A DNA stretch of 64,000 bases from an uncultured Gammaproteobacteria bacterium (GCA_964522435.1 CAZFUL010000001.1:117075-181074), one strand, 5' to 3'; shown: positions 22,478-31,702, counted from the first letter of the stretch. Numbers and translations are program-made. Notes: generated by a model not told the origin, from the sequence alone.

Positions 22478-24994
22478 ATGATCAATCAAACTTTTTTCCC
22501 GCTTCGTCCAGAAGCTAAACCAACAATATATGTGTACAGATTCAAAGGTGTTAATACGCATGAAGGTCTTCTGAAAATTGGATATACTACGAGAAATGCT
22601 AAAGATCGTATCGCTGAACAGCTCACTACGAGTCGCCTTGAGCATGAAATTATTCTTGAAGAATCGGCGATGAGAAATGATGGTACTGCGTTTAGTGATC
22701 ACGATGTACATAGATATTTACGAAAAAACAATATTGAGCATGTAAATGGTGAGTGGTTCCGCTGTACGCTCAAAGATGTGAAATCTGCACTTGTAGCTAT
22801 TAAGTCCGGTGCCTTGAATGTAGAAAATAGAACACAGACTTTTGGTCTTCGCCCAGAACAAGAAAAGGCTATAGAAAAAACAATTACCTATTTCAAAAAT
22901 GTTAAAAAAGAAGGTGATAATAAAACACCACACTTCTTGTGGAATGCAAAAATGCGTTTTGGGAAAACATTTACTTCGTACCAGCTTGCAAAGAAAATGA
23001 ATTGGAAACGAGTACTCGTACTCACATTTAAGCCAGCAGTACAAAATGCGTGGGAAGAGGATCTCAAATCCCATGTTGATTTTGAAGGGTGGCAGTTTAT
23101 CTCACCAAATAGTCTCTCATACGAAGACGCTGATAAAGATAAACCACTTATTTGTTTTGGTTCATTTCAAGATTATCTGGGAAGAAACAAAAGTACAGGT
23201 GGTATTAAAACCAAAAATGAATGGGTACACACAACAAATTGGGACTGTGTCATCCTCGACGAGTACCACTATGGAGCGTGGAGAGAAAACGCAAAAGACT
23301 TGTTTGAGGCTGAAGAAAAACGTGTACAGCAAGATGAAGAGGGGGAAGGGCTTGAGTACTTTAGTGAAAGTGAAATGCCTATTACTACGGGGGCGTATCT
23401 GTATCTGTCGGGTACACCGTTCCGTGCGATTGCATCTGGTGAATTTATCGAAGAGCAAATTTTTAACTGGACATATTCAGATGAACAGCGTGCCAAAGAG
23501 CTGTGGCAAGGGGAGAATAACCCCTACGCATCACTACCTCGCATGGTGATGATGACCTATCAATTGCCCGATACTATTCGTGAAATTGCAATGGGTGGAG
23601 AGTTCAACGAGTTTGATCTCAACCTCTTTTTTTCAGCAGATGGGAAAGAAGAGCAAGCTCGCTTTACCTATGAAGATGAAGTTCAGAAATGGCTTGATCT
23701 GATTCGTGGGTCGTTTCAAGAGACAACAATTGATAACTTGAAACTTGGTGCAAAAAAACCACCACTTCCATTTTCTCATGCTCCGTTGCTGAGTGTATTG
23801 ACTCACACATTTTGGTTTTTACCGAGTGTGTCCTCTTGTTATGCGATGAAGAATCTACTCCAATCGAGACAAAACAAATTTTATAATGACTATAAAATCA
23901 TAGTAGCCGCAGGTAACAAAGCAGGGCTTGGTGCAGATGCACTCGAGCCTGTAGTCAAGGCGATGACACCTCCGCTTGAAACAAAAACAATTACACTCTC
24001 ATGTGGAAAATTAACGACGGGTGTTTCGGTAAAACCATGGACGGGTATTTTTATGTTGCGAAATTCTTCTAGTCCTGAAACATATTTTCAAGCCGCTTTT
24101 CGTGTACAGACACCATGGACGATCAAAAATCCAGACGGTAAGTCTCCTGATGAAGAAATGATACTCAAAAATGAGTGCTATGTGTTCGATTTTGCACCTG
24201 ATCGCGCGCTCCGACAGATTGCTGATTATAGTTGCCGTTTGAGTGTAGGGGACAAGAACCCAGAACAGAAAGTAGCAGAGTTTATCCATTTTTTGCCCGT
24301 TCTTGCGTATGATGGGAGTGCGATGAAACAGATTGATGCGGCTGGTATCTTGGATATGGCGATGAGTGGAACGACAGCGACACTGCTCGCTCGTCGTTGG
24401 GAAAGTGCCCTACTTGTAAACGTCGACAACTATACACTCAAACGCTTGATGGACAATGAAGATGCGATGAACGCCTTGATGAATATCGAGGGATTCCGCA
24501 GTCTCAATGCTGATATTGAAACGATTATCAACAAGTCAGAGGCTGTCGAAAAAACAAAAAAAGAAGCAAATGATAGAGAACTCACCAAAAAAGAAAAACA
24601 AGAACTCTCTGAGCAAGAAAAAGAGTATAAGATCGTGCGTAAACAGATTCAAGAGAAACTCATCAAGTTTGCTACTCGTGTGCCTGTTTTCATGTATCTG
24701 ACAGATTATCGTGAGAGAACTCTCAAAGATGTGATCACCCAATTGGAGCCTGGACTATTCAAAAAGGTCACTGGTTTAAGTGTGAAAGACTTTGAACTGC
24801 TAGTAAGTCTCAATGTGTTCAATAGTGCCCTCATGAACGATGCTGTATATAAATTTAAGCGATACGAAGACGCTAGTCTTAGTTATGCTGGTATCAGTAA
24901 GCACGAAGGAGAAAGTATTGGTCTGTACGACACTGTGATTCAACGAAGTGAGTTTGATCAGGTGTTTGAGAATACGGTAAAGTTGCAAACGTAA
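22478..24994 (+). CDS. T5orf172 (GIY-YIG-like) domain fused to ResIII / SF2 DEAH helicase (838 aa): putative restriction/translocase subunit
   Basis: N-terminus IYVYRF...GLLKIGYTTRNAKDRIAEQL...GEWF (T5orf172 hallmarks). LRPEQEKAI with Walker A FGKTFTS and motif II ILDEYHYGA. About 400-aa C-terminal region of unknown function. Confidence 0.75.
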   Translation: MINQTFFPLRPEAKPTIYVYRFKGVNTHEGLLKIGYTTRNAKDRIAEQLTTSRLEHEIILEESAMRNDGTAFSDHDVHRYLRKNNIEHVNGEWFRCTLKDVKSALVAIKSGALNVENRTQTFGLRPEQEKAIEKTITYFKNVKKEGDNKTPHFLWNAKMRFGKTFTSYQLAKKMNWKRVLVLTFKPAVQNAWEEDLKSHVDFEGWQFISPNSLSYEDADKDKPLICFGSFQDYLGRNKSTGGIKTKNEWVHTTNWDCVILDEYHYGAWRENAKDLFEAEEKRVQQDEEGEGLEYFSESEMPITTGAYLYLSGTPFRAIASGEFIEEQIFNWTYSDEQRAKELWQGENNPYASLPRMVMMTYQLPDTIREIAMGGEFNEFDLNLFFSADGKEEQARFTYEDEVQKWLDLIRGSFQETTIDNLKLGAKKPPLPFSHAPLLSVLTHTFWFLPSVSSCYAMKNLLQSRQNKFYNDYKIIVAAGNKAGLGADALEPVVKAMTPPLETKTITLSCGKLTTGVSVKPWTGIFMLRNSSSPETYFQAAFRVQTPWTIKNPDGKSPDEEMILKNECYVFDFAPDRALRQIADYSCRLSVGDKNPEQKVAEFIHFLPVLAYDGSAMKQIDAAGILDMAMSGTTATLLARRWESALLVNVDNYTLKRLMDNEDAMNALMNIEGFRSLNADIETIINKSEAVEKTKKEANDRELTKKEKQELSEQEKEYKIVRKQIQEKLIKFATRVPVFMYLTDYRERTLKDVITQLEPGLFKKVTGLSVKDFELLVSLNVFNSALMNDAVYKFKRYEDASLSYAGISKHEGESIGLYDTVIQRSEFDQVFENTVKLQT

Positions 24995-25259
24995 TACTTT
25001 GTAGAATATTTTGAAATAATCCATATTAGAGAAGCTTAAAGACATAACCGATGGTACAGAAAAAAGGGATTTAAGTGAATTACATGAGACTATCAAGCCA
25101 AAGTTCCCCAGCTATATCCCTTGGATGATGGCAGCCATTTTAACTGCTGTAATTTTTTGTATAATTTTCTTAATCTATTATTGCAACAAGTAAAATTTTC
25201 ATTACATCCGACAACAGAGACTTTGTTGTTCAATTTATTAAAATAAAGGATAAAAAATC

Positions 25260-25640
25260 TTAGCCTTTCTTGAAATCGTTTCTTCCGACAATAAGTGAAA
25301 TCAATATTGCTGCAGATAATATGAGTCGATACCATACTGTGGTGCCTACTTGTGACAGATCGAGTAGGTGTGTTACTAACCCAAGGCTTACAAGTATTAA
25401 ACCAAGTGTATAAGCCCAATGTTTTGCTTTGAGCAAAAAACAGCCGATCAAAATACCTATAACGGCGGATATAATGTTGATGATTTGGGTCAACTCATTC
25501 GCCGTAGCTTGGAGACTTTCTGGTTCTATGGATGAGGGAGAACTTGTTAGATTTGTGAACGTGACAATCAAATTAATCAATCCTGCTATCATGAAGAGGC
25601 CTGCAGCAACTTTGATAGGGGAGGAAAGAGTATTACTCAT
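25260..25640 (-). CDS. Hypothetical small polytopic membrane protein (126 aa)
   Basis: Hydrophobic segments. ATG ORF on the minus strand between the helicase gene and the mrr cassette. Confidence 0.5.
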   Translation of the reverse strand: MSNTLSSPIKVAAGLFMIAGLINLIVTFTNLTSSPSSIEPESLQATANELTQIINIISAVIGILIGCFLLKAKHWAYTLGLILVSLGLVTHLLDLSQVGTTVWYRLILSAAILISLIVGRNDFKKG

Positions 25641-25676
25641 ATGGGTATAGTTACTATCTGCATTTTTTATATATAA

Positions 25677-25765
25677 ATCATAGCAAATATAGTACGAAAC
25701 ACAAACCTTTGCTATACTTTTTTTAGTATATCCTAGTATTATGCCCCCCTCAATTCCCTACACCC
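25677..25765. repeat. Direct repeat copy 1 (about 89 bp) flanking the mrr cassette
   Basis: Near-identical to 26748-26838 with 1-2 mismatches. Contains the palindromic tatac-T8-gtata element and the first codons (MPPSIPYTL) of a truncated copy of the YgjP-like gene. Confidence 0.8.
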
Positions 25766-26653
25766 TTAAGTTTCTTCAAAAAAGTCTTCGTCTATTTCTT
25801 TTACTTCGTATTTATTTTTAACTTGTAACCCCACTCCATATTCGTGCATTAAATCAACAAGTTTTTTGCCGTCAATGAGTATTATCGAATGATGTGCCTC
25901 TCTTGCTTTGTGTATGGCAGATTCATCGAAAGAAGAAGTCGTGACAAAAACTCCTTTACTTGTATCTCCGCTCATTGCTCCTATAAAATTACGAATCTCT
26001 TTTTCTCTTATTTTATTTTCATTATAACGCTTAGCTTGGATATATATTTTTGCTAGGCCTAATTTGTCTTCGTTAATAATACCATCTATTCCTCCATCAC
26101 CACTTTTCGAAGTTTCGATAAAATCTCCGTAGCCCATCTTATTTAATAGTAGCAAAACAACTTTTTCAAAATAATAAGGGTCTATTTCTTTAAGTCTTTC
26201 GAGAAGCTCATTTTTGACTTGCTTTTCAATAGCACTAAATCCCGAGTCAATCATATCTTGCGGAGAAGCATTTTCATCTTCCAAATCTATTTCAGAATCT
26301 TTTTCTTCTTTTTTTGCTTCCCTATGCGCTTGAAAATCAGGATCGTTAATTAAATCTGATAATGTTAAATTTCCACTCTTTACAACTTTTAAACCTTTTT
26401 CCGATATTTTTACCATCGCTCTTTCTGGTTGTTCAATCATTTTTGCCTGTTTGAGATATGCTTTTCCCCAGCCAATTCTATTTAATATTAGAATGTCTCC
26501 ACTCTTCGTCTTTTTTTCTAATAATTCTTCGCTCAAATTTGAATAATATTCATCCCGAACACGCTTTCGTAATTCGTTGTAATGTAAAATTTGACCATCG
26601 CTCAGTACGTTTAATATTGGTATAAATGTTTCGTGATATTTTGGTAGATCCAT
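25766..26653 (-). CDS. mrr: Mrr-family restriction endonuclease (type IV, modification-dependent)
   Basis: N-terminal winged-helix Mrr_N and C-terminal Mrr_cat motifs GDGGIDGI...IQAKRY. 295 aa. Confidence 0.8.
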   Translation of the reverse strand: MDLPKYHETFIPILNVLSDGQILHYNELRKRVRDEYYSNLSEELLEKKTKSGDILILNRIGWGKAYLKQAKMIEQPERAMVKISEKGLKVVKSGNLTLSDLINDPDFQAHREAKKEEKDSEIDLEDENASPQDMIDSGFSAIEKQVKNELLERLKEIDPYYFEKVVLLLLNKMGYGDFIETSKSGDGGIDGIINEDKLGLAKIYIQAKRYNENKIREKEIRNFIGAMSGDTSKGVFVTTSSFDESAIHKAREAHHSIILIDGKKLVDLMHEYGVGLQVKNKYEVKEIDEDFFEET

Positions 26654-26747
26654 ATTTTTGAGTTAATTTATCAATATTTTGCTTTTTTAAAAAATTTTTA
26701 TCATAAAAAAAGCGTATTTAATATAACTTACTTTTACCCAACCTTAT

Positions 26748-26838
26748 AAATCATAGCAAATATAGTACGAAACACAAACCTTTGCTATACTTTTTTTAGT
26801 ATATCCTAGTATTATGCCCCCCTTAATTCCCTACACCC
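26748..26838. repeat. Direct repeat copy 2, carrying the promoter and start of the YgjP-like gene
   Basis: See copy 1. The ATG of ORF 26814 lies inside the repeat. Confidence 0.8.
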
Positions 26839-27374
26839 TGAAAAAAAACGCTAAGGCTAAGTACCTGCGTATTGTTATTAATAGGGATGCCACTGTTTCT
26901 GTGGTGGCGCCAACACGGGTGAGCATGAAAGAAATAGAACAATTTATTGCAGATAAAACACTGTGGATACAAAAGCACGTGAGAGCGTTTCAAAAAAAGA
27001 AAGAAGCCGTAACCCCCGTACTTCCTGTAGGGTTTTCTCGTACAGACTACCATTCCTGCGTGGCACGAGCCAGAAAATTAGTAAAAGATCGCTTGGCACA
27101 TTTTAATGCTATCTATCAATGTCATTTTGCTCGGGTGAGTATAAAAAAACAAAGCACGGTGTGGGGGAGTTGCTCGGCAAAAAAGAATTTGAATTTTAAT
27201 TATAAAATAGTCTTATTACCCCCACATTTAGCGGATTATATTATTGTGCATGAACTCTGTCATTTGAAAGAAATGAACCATGGCAAACAATTTTGGTTGT
27301 TGGTAGCAAAAACAATACCCGAACATAAACAATATAGAAAAGAATTAGTGGCCTATGAAAGATATTTTTCTTAA
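26814..27374 (+). CDS. DUF45 / YgjP-like metal-dependent hydrolase (HExxH)
   Basis: HELCHLKEMNH zinc-binding motif near the C-terminus. 186 aa. Confidence 0.7.
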   Translation: MPPLIPYTLKKNAKAKYLRIVINRDATVSVVAPTRVSMKEIEQFIADKTLWIQKHVRAFQKKKEAVTPVLPVGFSRTDYHSCVARARKLVKDRLAHFNAIYQCHFARVSIKKQSTVWGSCSAKKNLNFNYKIVLLPPHLADYIIVHELCHLKEMNHGKQFWLLVAKTIPEHKQYRKELVAYERYFS

Positions 27375-27383
27375 TCTGTTTTT

Positions 27384-28127
27384 ATGACCATGCAACTGTT
27401 GGGTGTCTTTTTTGTTGGCCTCGCCGCGAGTTTTTTAAGCGGTATTGCGGGAGGTGGCGCTGGGCTTATTACCATTCCCTTATTAATATTTTTAGGAATT
27501 GATCCAAAAATTACCGCAGCAACAACTACCTTTGGGGGATTAGGATTGGGGATAGGCGCGTTGTTTCGCTTTCGTAAGGAAAAAAATTTACGAAAACAAT
27601 ATAGTAAACCTTTCACTCTTATTTCTATATTTGCCGGATTGTGTGGACCCTTTATATTATTTTTCTTAGAGAGTAGTTGGGTAAAAATCGTTGTGGGTTC
27701 TATTATATTACTTATTGTTCCTTTGTTTTTGTTAAAGAAAAAGATTGGAACAGAACAAAAAGAAACAAGTCAAAGAAAAAAAATTATTGGCTATCTCTTG
27801 TATGCGTTGCTGTTAACCTTGCAAGTGGCCTTTGGCTCTGGGATTGGCATTGCTATCATTTTTGTCTTGGTGGCATTTTTTGGGCTTACCTTAATAGAAA
27901 CAAGTGCAACATTACGGTTACCACAACTGGTTTCTTCTTTTATCTCTCTGTTTTTATATGGCTATCAAGGATTATTAGATTATCGTTATGGAATAGTGCT
28001 TATGCTTGCGATGATTTTGGGAGGGTATCTGGGTTCTCATGTGGCAATAAAAGCGGGTAATGCGGTTATTCGCTGGGTTTTTGCTGCTATGGCAGCGATC
28101 CTCGCGGTAATCTTGTTGATTCAATAA
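27384..28127 (+). CDS. TauE/SafE (TSUP) family membrane transporter
   Basis: GIAGGGAGLITIPLLIFLG repeat motif. Polytopic. Confidence 0.75.
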   Translation: MTMQLLGVFFVGLAASFLSGIAGGGAGLITIPLLIFLGIDPKITAATTTFGGLGLGIGALFRFRKEKNLRKQYSKPFTLISIFAGLCGPFILFFLESSWVKIVVGSIILLIVPLFLLKKKIGTEQKETSQRKKIIGYLLYALLLTLQVAFGSGIGIAIIFVLVAFFGLTLIETSATLRLPQLVSSFISLFLYGYQGLLDYRYGIVLMLAMILGGYLGSHVAIKAGNAVIRWVFAAMAAILAVILLIQ

Positions 28128-28131
28128 AACA

Positions 28132-28164
28132 AAAACCCTATACCGTTCTGGTACAGGGTTTTTG
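28132..28164 (+). terminator. Rho-independent terminator (ccctgtacc.../ggtacaggg + T-run)
   Basis: aaaaaccctataccgttctggtacagggttttt. Confidence 0.55.
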
Positions 28165-28238
28165 AATTGCTCCGACGGGGGTGGGGAACTGCCGAAGCAA
28201 TTCATCCGCGTCGTCGGGGCGGAACTCCTTGTTTGTCG

Positions 28239-28760
28239 TCAGGGGGTCCCTGTATTGTACGGGTCAAGGAAGATGAACCGTTCTTCTTTGGGATAGTACC
28301 CTGGGTATACCGTCCAGACCGTGAAGTGCCATTGCTGGTTGCGCTCTTTGCGCATCCGAACTTTCATGGTGAGTTGGGTAGTTTTTGGAGCCAGGATGAG
28401 CTCCTTGGGGAGGACGGGAATCCCGGATGACGGCCTTCTCAGCTGCTGTTGCAAGTATGGCTGGGTGGGGACACGGGTCACCCAGCCAATATGGCGGGGA
28501 AGACTCAGGGTGATCGAATGATCTTCTTTACCCCGTTCAATTGCGCTGCGCAGGGCCGCGCCCAAGTGTGCAGCAACCTCTTGGTCATCGACGCAGGCTT
28601 GCAGGTTTGGCCAGGCAGAAATATTTCCGGCCAGTGGAGCGCCTGCCAGACGGAAATGGTCAGTTTGTACCTGGACTATGGTCTCGTGGGGAAAGATGAC
28701 CTTGACCACCGGTGCGCCGTCCGGTCCCATAGGAAGGATCAGATATTTGGCGAAAAGCAT
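28239..28760 (-). CDS. Hypothetical protein (173 aa) in GC-rich islet C
   Basis: RBS aaggaa upstream of the ATG on the minus strand. GC about 55%. The + strand ORFs here are shadow ORFs. Confidence 0.45.
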   Translation of the reverse strand: MLFAKYLILPMGPDGAPVVKVIFPHETIVQVQTDHFRLAGAPLAGNISAWPNLQACVDDQEVAAHLGAALRSAIERGKEDHSITLSLPRHIGWVTRVPTQPYLQQQLRRPSSGIPVLPKELILAPKTTQLTMKVRMRKERNQQWHFTVWTVYPGYYPKEERFIFLDPYNTGTP

Positions 28761-28772
28761 GAACGTTTCCTT

Positions 28773-29375
28773 TCAGTTGTTGTGTTTTTTGTTCATGTGG
28801 CGAATTGCGATTGCCACACTGCCGTTGCCCATCACCCCGATGAGGATGGGGTGTACGAGGGATACCAGTTGTTGCTCTGGCTGCCAGTGGATGACCAGGT
28901 TCGTAGTCATGATCATATACGACACCACCGCAATGTACCAGGGCAAGATGTTTTCTTTGTTGCCTTTGAGTACACCGAGGACGGTGGGAATGAACGATAG
29001 CACATATACTGCTTGAAGCAGCAAGTTGGCCATTACATCATCACCGCTGGTACGCCAGTAGTAGACAATGACGCCGGCGATTGCCAGAATCATCCATTCT
29101 GTTGGCCCGATTTTGCTAAAGCGCTTGTTGAACGCTGCGTAGCCAAGGATCAAAAGCGATCCGAGGCATGCTGCGCCAGTTGCTGCCCAGCGGCTCAGGT
29201 CACCATCTACCACTTTGAAATAGGTGACTGAGTTGACCACATTGACGCTGCCCCAAATTGCCCAGGTTGCGGCGTTTGGGGTGATATTGCCCTTGATCAC
29301 GTAGTACAGGTACATGCTGAGCAAGAGTAGCACACCCGACATTGAAATGAGTGAAAGAATATCAATGAGCGCCAT
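28773..29375 (-). CDS. Hypothetical polytopic membrane protein (about 200 aa) in GC-rich islet C
   Basis: RBS aaggag 6 nt upstream of the internal ATG (MALIDIL...). The longer ORF to 29429 was rejected as an upstream extension. Confidence 0.45.
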   Translation of the reverse strand: MALIDILSLISMSGVLLLLSMYLYYVIKGNITPNAATWAIWGSVNVVNSVTYFKVVDGDLSRWAATGAACLGSLLILGYAAFNKRFSKIGPTEWMILAIAGVIVYYWRTSGDDVMANLLLQAVYVLSFIPTVLGVLKGNKENILPWYIAVVSYMIMTTNLVIHWQPEQQLVSLVHPILIGVMGNGSVAIAIRHMNKKHNN

Positions 29376-29427
29376 TGCAGGCTCCTTTGTCTGACGTTTT
29401 TCTTGGCAGAGACTAGAATAGAACATC

Positions 29428-30288
29428 ATGATTTTAATCAGTTGTCAATATAGCGTATGTATGGGAAAATATTCGTATATGCGTGATACCACACACAACA
29501 GAGCATGGGTACGAAACATCGGTATTGTCTGTTTTATTTTTATCCAATTCTTGGGAATTGCCATTAATCTTATAAAGCAGCAAGATTGTTATAAACAAGA
29601 GCAGTCCATAGAGCAACAGTTTTCCAGCAGGCAAGAAGGAGATGTTCGTGTATTAAAAGAAGATATGCTCAATCATTTTGATTGTGGCATGTCGTTTGGC
29701 GTGCCTGCGCCTATTGTCTATGTCAAAGATGATACAGGCAGTGTTGGGGTATTGCCTCAAAGTATTGTGTTTAATATTGTGCTCTATGCTGCCGTTTTTT
29801 TTGCGGTTATGCGTGGGTATGCCTTGTTCAAACAACAGCGCTATACGCGTGTAGGTGTGGAAAGCATATTGTGTATTGTGGGATTGTTTATTGCTGCTAT
29901 ATTATTGCAATTATCGTTTCGGTATAGTGGGCTTATGTATACCGGAGGGCCTGTAATACGATTTCCTTCGTTGATACCATCAACACAGTCGTTTGTGGAT
30001 ATAGGGGCTGAGTATGTGTTTTATGTTCTTACTATGCTTGCCGCAGGATTTTTTTCTGTATATACCTGGTATGGTTATGCGGCAATTATTTTTTTATATC
30101 TTGTATTATTTGGAATCGTTGTATACCGGATACAAAAAATATATATACCACTCTCATATAAAAAATTGTTGACCTGGGGAATTGTTGGATTTATTTTTTT
30201 CTATCTTTTTATGTCGTATAGTGCGTTTATTACGCAAGGGGTGGTTGATCTGAATTGTTTACATAACAATAGTGGTTGTGACGGCTAG
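29428..30288 (+). CDS. Hypothetical polytopic membrane protein
   Basis: ATG ORF with multiple hydrophobic segments. Start uncertain. Confidence 0.5.
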   Translation: MILISCQYSVCMGKYSYMRDTTHNRAWVRNIGIVCFIFIQFLGIAINLIKQQDCYKQEQSIEQQFSSRQEGDVRVLKEDMLNHFDCGMSFGVPAPIVYVKDDTGSVGVLPQSIVFNIVLYAAVFFAVMRGYALFKQQRYTRVGVESILCIVGLFIAAILLQLSFRYSGLMYTGGPVIRFPSLIPSTQSFVDIGAEYVFYVLTMLAAGFFSVYTWYGYAAIIFLYLVLFGIVVYRIQKIYIPLSYKKLLTWGIVGFIFFYLFMSYSAFITQGVVDLNCLHNNSGCDG

Positions 30289-30369
30289 TATGAGGTGTAA
30301 CTCGACACAAAAGAAATAACGGGGTTTGTCAACAACGGTGGTTCATGATAGTGTTATCTATATAGTAGT

Positions 30370-30756
30370 ATGTTTTCTATGAATAATACCCAATGGCAAC
30401 CGCTTACCCCAGAAGAAGAAAACGTTATTGTACACAAAGGTACCGAACGTCCCTTTACTGGTAAATACACCGATCATCAAGAAGAAGGGGGCTATGTGTG
30501 TAAACGCTGCCGTACCTTGTTATATCGCTCTGAAGATAAATTTCAATCGCACTGTGGCTGGCCGAGTTTTGATAGCGAAGTTCCTGGATCAGTAAAACGT
30601 ATTGTGGACGCGGATGGCATTCGCACCGAAATTGTTTGTGCAAATTGTGATGCGCATTTAGGACATGTATTTAGTGGTGAAGGCTATACGGCAAAAAATA
30701 TTCGCCATTGTGTGAATTCTATTTCCATGGATTTTGTTCCGAAAAAAGATTTGTAA
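30370..30756 (+). CDS. msrB: Peptide methionine sulfoxide reductase MsrB
   Basis: GTERPFTGKY, CxxC...CxxC zinc site, GWPSF and HLGHVF motifs. Confidence 0.85.
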   Translation: MFSMNNTQWQPLTPEEENVIVHKGTERPFTGKYTDHQEEGGYVCKRCRTLLYRSEDKFQSHCGWPSFDSEVPGSVKRIVDADGIRTEIVCANCDAHLGHVFSGEGYTAKNIRHCVNSISMDFVPKKDL

Positions 30757-30773
30757 TAGTAATCCGTATATAT

Positions 30774-31073
30774 ATGTTTAAAGAATTTGCGTCATTTATT
30801 AAAGAATATAATATCGTTGGACTTGCGATGGCCTTTATTATGGGCGCGGCAAGTAATTCCTTGGTAAAGTCATTGGTGGATAACATGATTATGCCTTTGG
30901 TAAACCCGCTTATTTCTGGAGGCAATTGGAAAGAGGGACTCCTGAGCATTGGGCCATTTCAGTTTGGGGTGGGCGCATTTTTTTCTGAATTATTACACTT
31001 TTTTATTTTGGCGCTGGTGGTGTTTATTATTGCCAAAAAGATTTTAAAAGAAGAAACCGTGACAAAAAAATAA
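30774..31073 (+). CDS. mscL: Large-conductance mechanosensitive channel MscL
   Basis: N-terminal MFKEFASFIK...NIVGLAMAFIMGAA and a second TM. About 100 aa. Confidence 0.75.
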   Translation: MFKEFASFIKEYNIVGLAMAFIMGAASNSLVKSLVDNMIMPLVNPLISGGNWKEGLLSIGPFQFGVGAFFSELLHFFILALVVFIIAKKILKEETVTKK

Positions 31074-31135
31074 TGCGATTTTCCTATTTTTTTATTTTTT
31101 TCTTGATTTTTTAGAGAAGGAACGTATACTACCTA

Positions 31136-31702
31136 GTGTTCTTATTCTCCTATTCATGTATGTCAACATCAATTCCACCATTGGTACAAAAAATAGGGAA
31201 CTGGGTATCTGCTATTCTTCTTGGTAATACGAGAGAATTTATTGCACGCATTGATGAGCGTACCCTCCACATGTTGCATGATATCGCTGAAATGAAAAAA
31301 GATATGAATGTGGTGAAACAAAAAGTAGATGAAATGAGCCCAACGGTAGAAATTTTATGGAAAAATAAAATTGCCCCAAGTAATTCTCCGCGTCAGTTAA
31401 ATGAACAGGGGCAGATTATTTTACAACAAAGTGGCATTAAAGAAATTGTTGATAGTAAAAAGACAGAATTATTTAATCGGGTCAAAGCACTAGAACCCAA
31501 AAATGCCTATGATGCTGAAAAAGAAATAGAAAAAGTGATGAATCAATTATTAGAGTATTATCCGGAATTGGTTGATACGATTAAAGATGGGGCATTTCGT
31601 ACGGGAGAAGATATTATTACCGTGCTGTATGTTGGCTCGATATATCTGCGTAATTTAATTTTTGCTGACTTAGGTTTTTCTATGGTTGATTCGGAAAAAT
31701 AA
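31136..31702 (+). CDS. Hypothetical protein
   Basis: GTG at 31136 in the ORF track. A more likely ATG start is at 31160. A TTGATT-15-TATACT promoter-like element lies upstream at 31104-31130. Confidence 0.5.
   Translation: MFLFSYSCMSTSIPPLVQKIGNWVSAILLGNTREFIARIDERTLHMLHDIAEMKKDMNVVKQKVDEMSPTVEILWKNKIAPSNSPRQLNEQGQIILQQSGIKEIVDSKKTELFNRVKALEPKNAYDAEKEIEKVMNQLLEYYPELVDTIKDGAFRTGEDIITVLYVGSIYLRNLIFADLGFSMVDSEK

Noticed and set aside
25128-25193. 21-codon hydrophobic mini-ORF (MAAILTAVIFCIIFLIYYCNK) between the helicase gene and the small membrane gene
   Set aside because: Too short and without RBS or support. Noted only as a possible small membrane peptide.
18786-26838. Idea that the defence island integrated site-specifically into the tRNA-Ser 3' end
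   Set aside because: The island lies on the 5' side of the minus-strand tRNA (the 3' end faces the LOG gene). No tRNA-Ser partial repeat or integrase was found. Only proximity to the tRNA is claimed.
28167-29016. Several plus-strand ORFs (87-183 aa) across islet C
   Set aside because: High GC generates long ORFs in all frames. The minus-strand genes carry the RBSs. The plus ORFs lack them.
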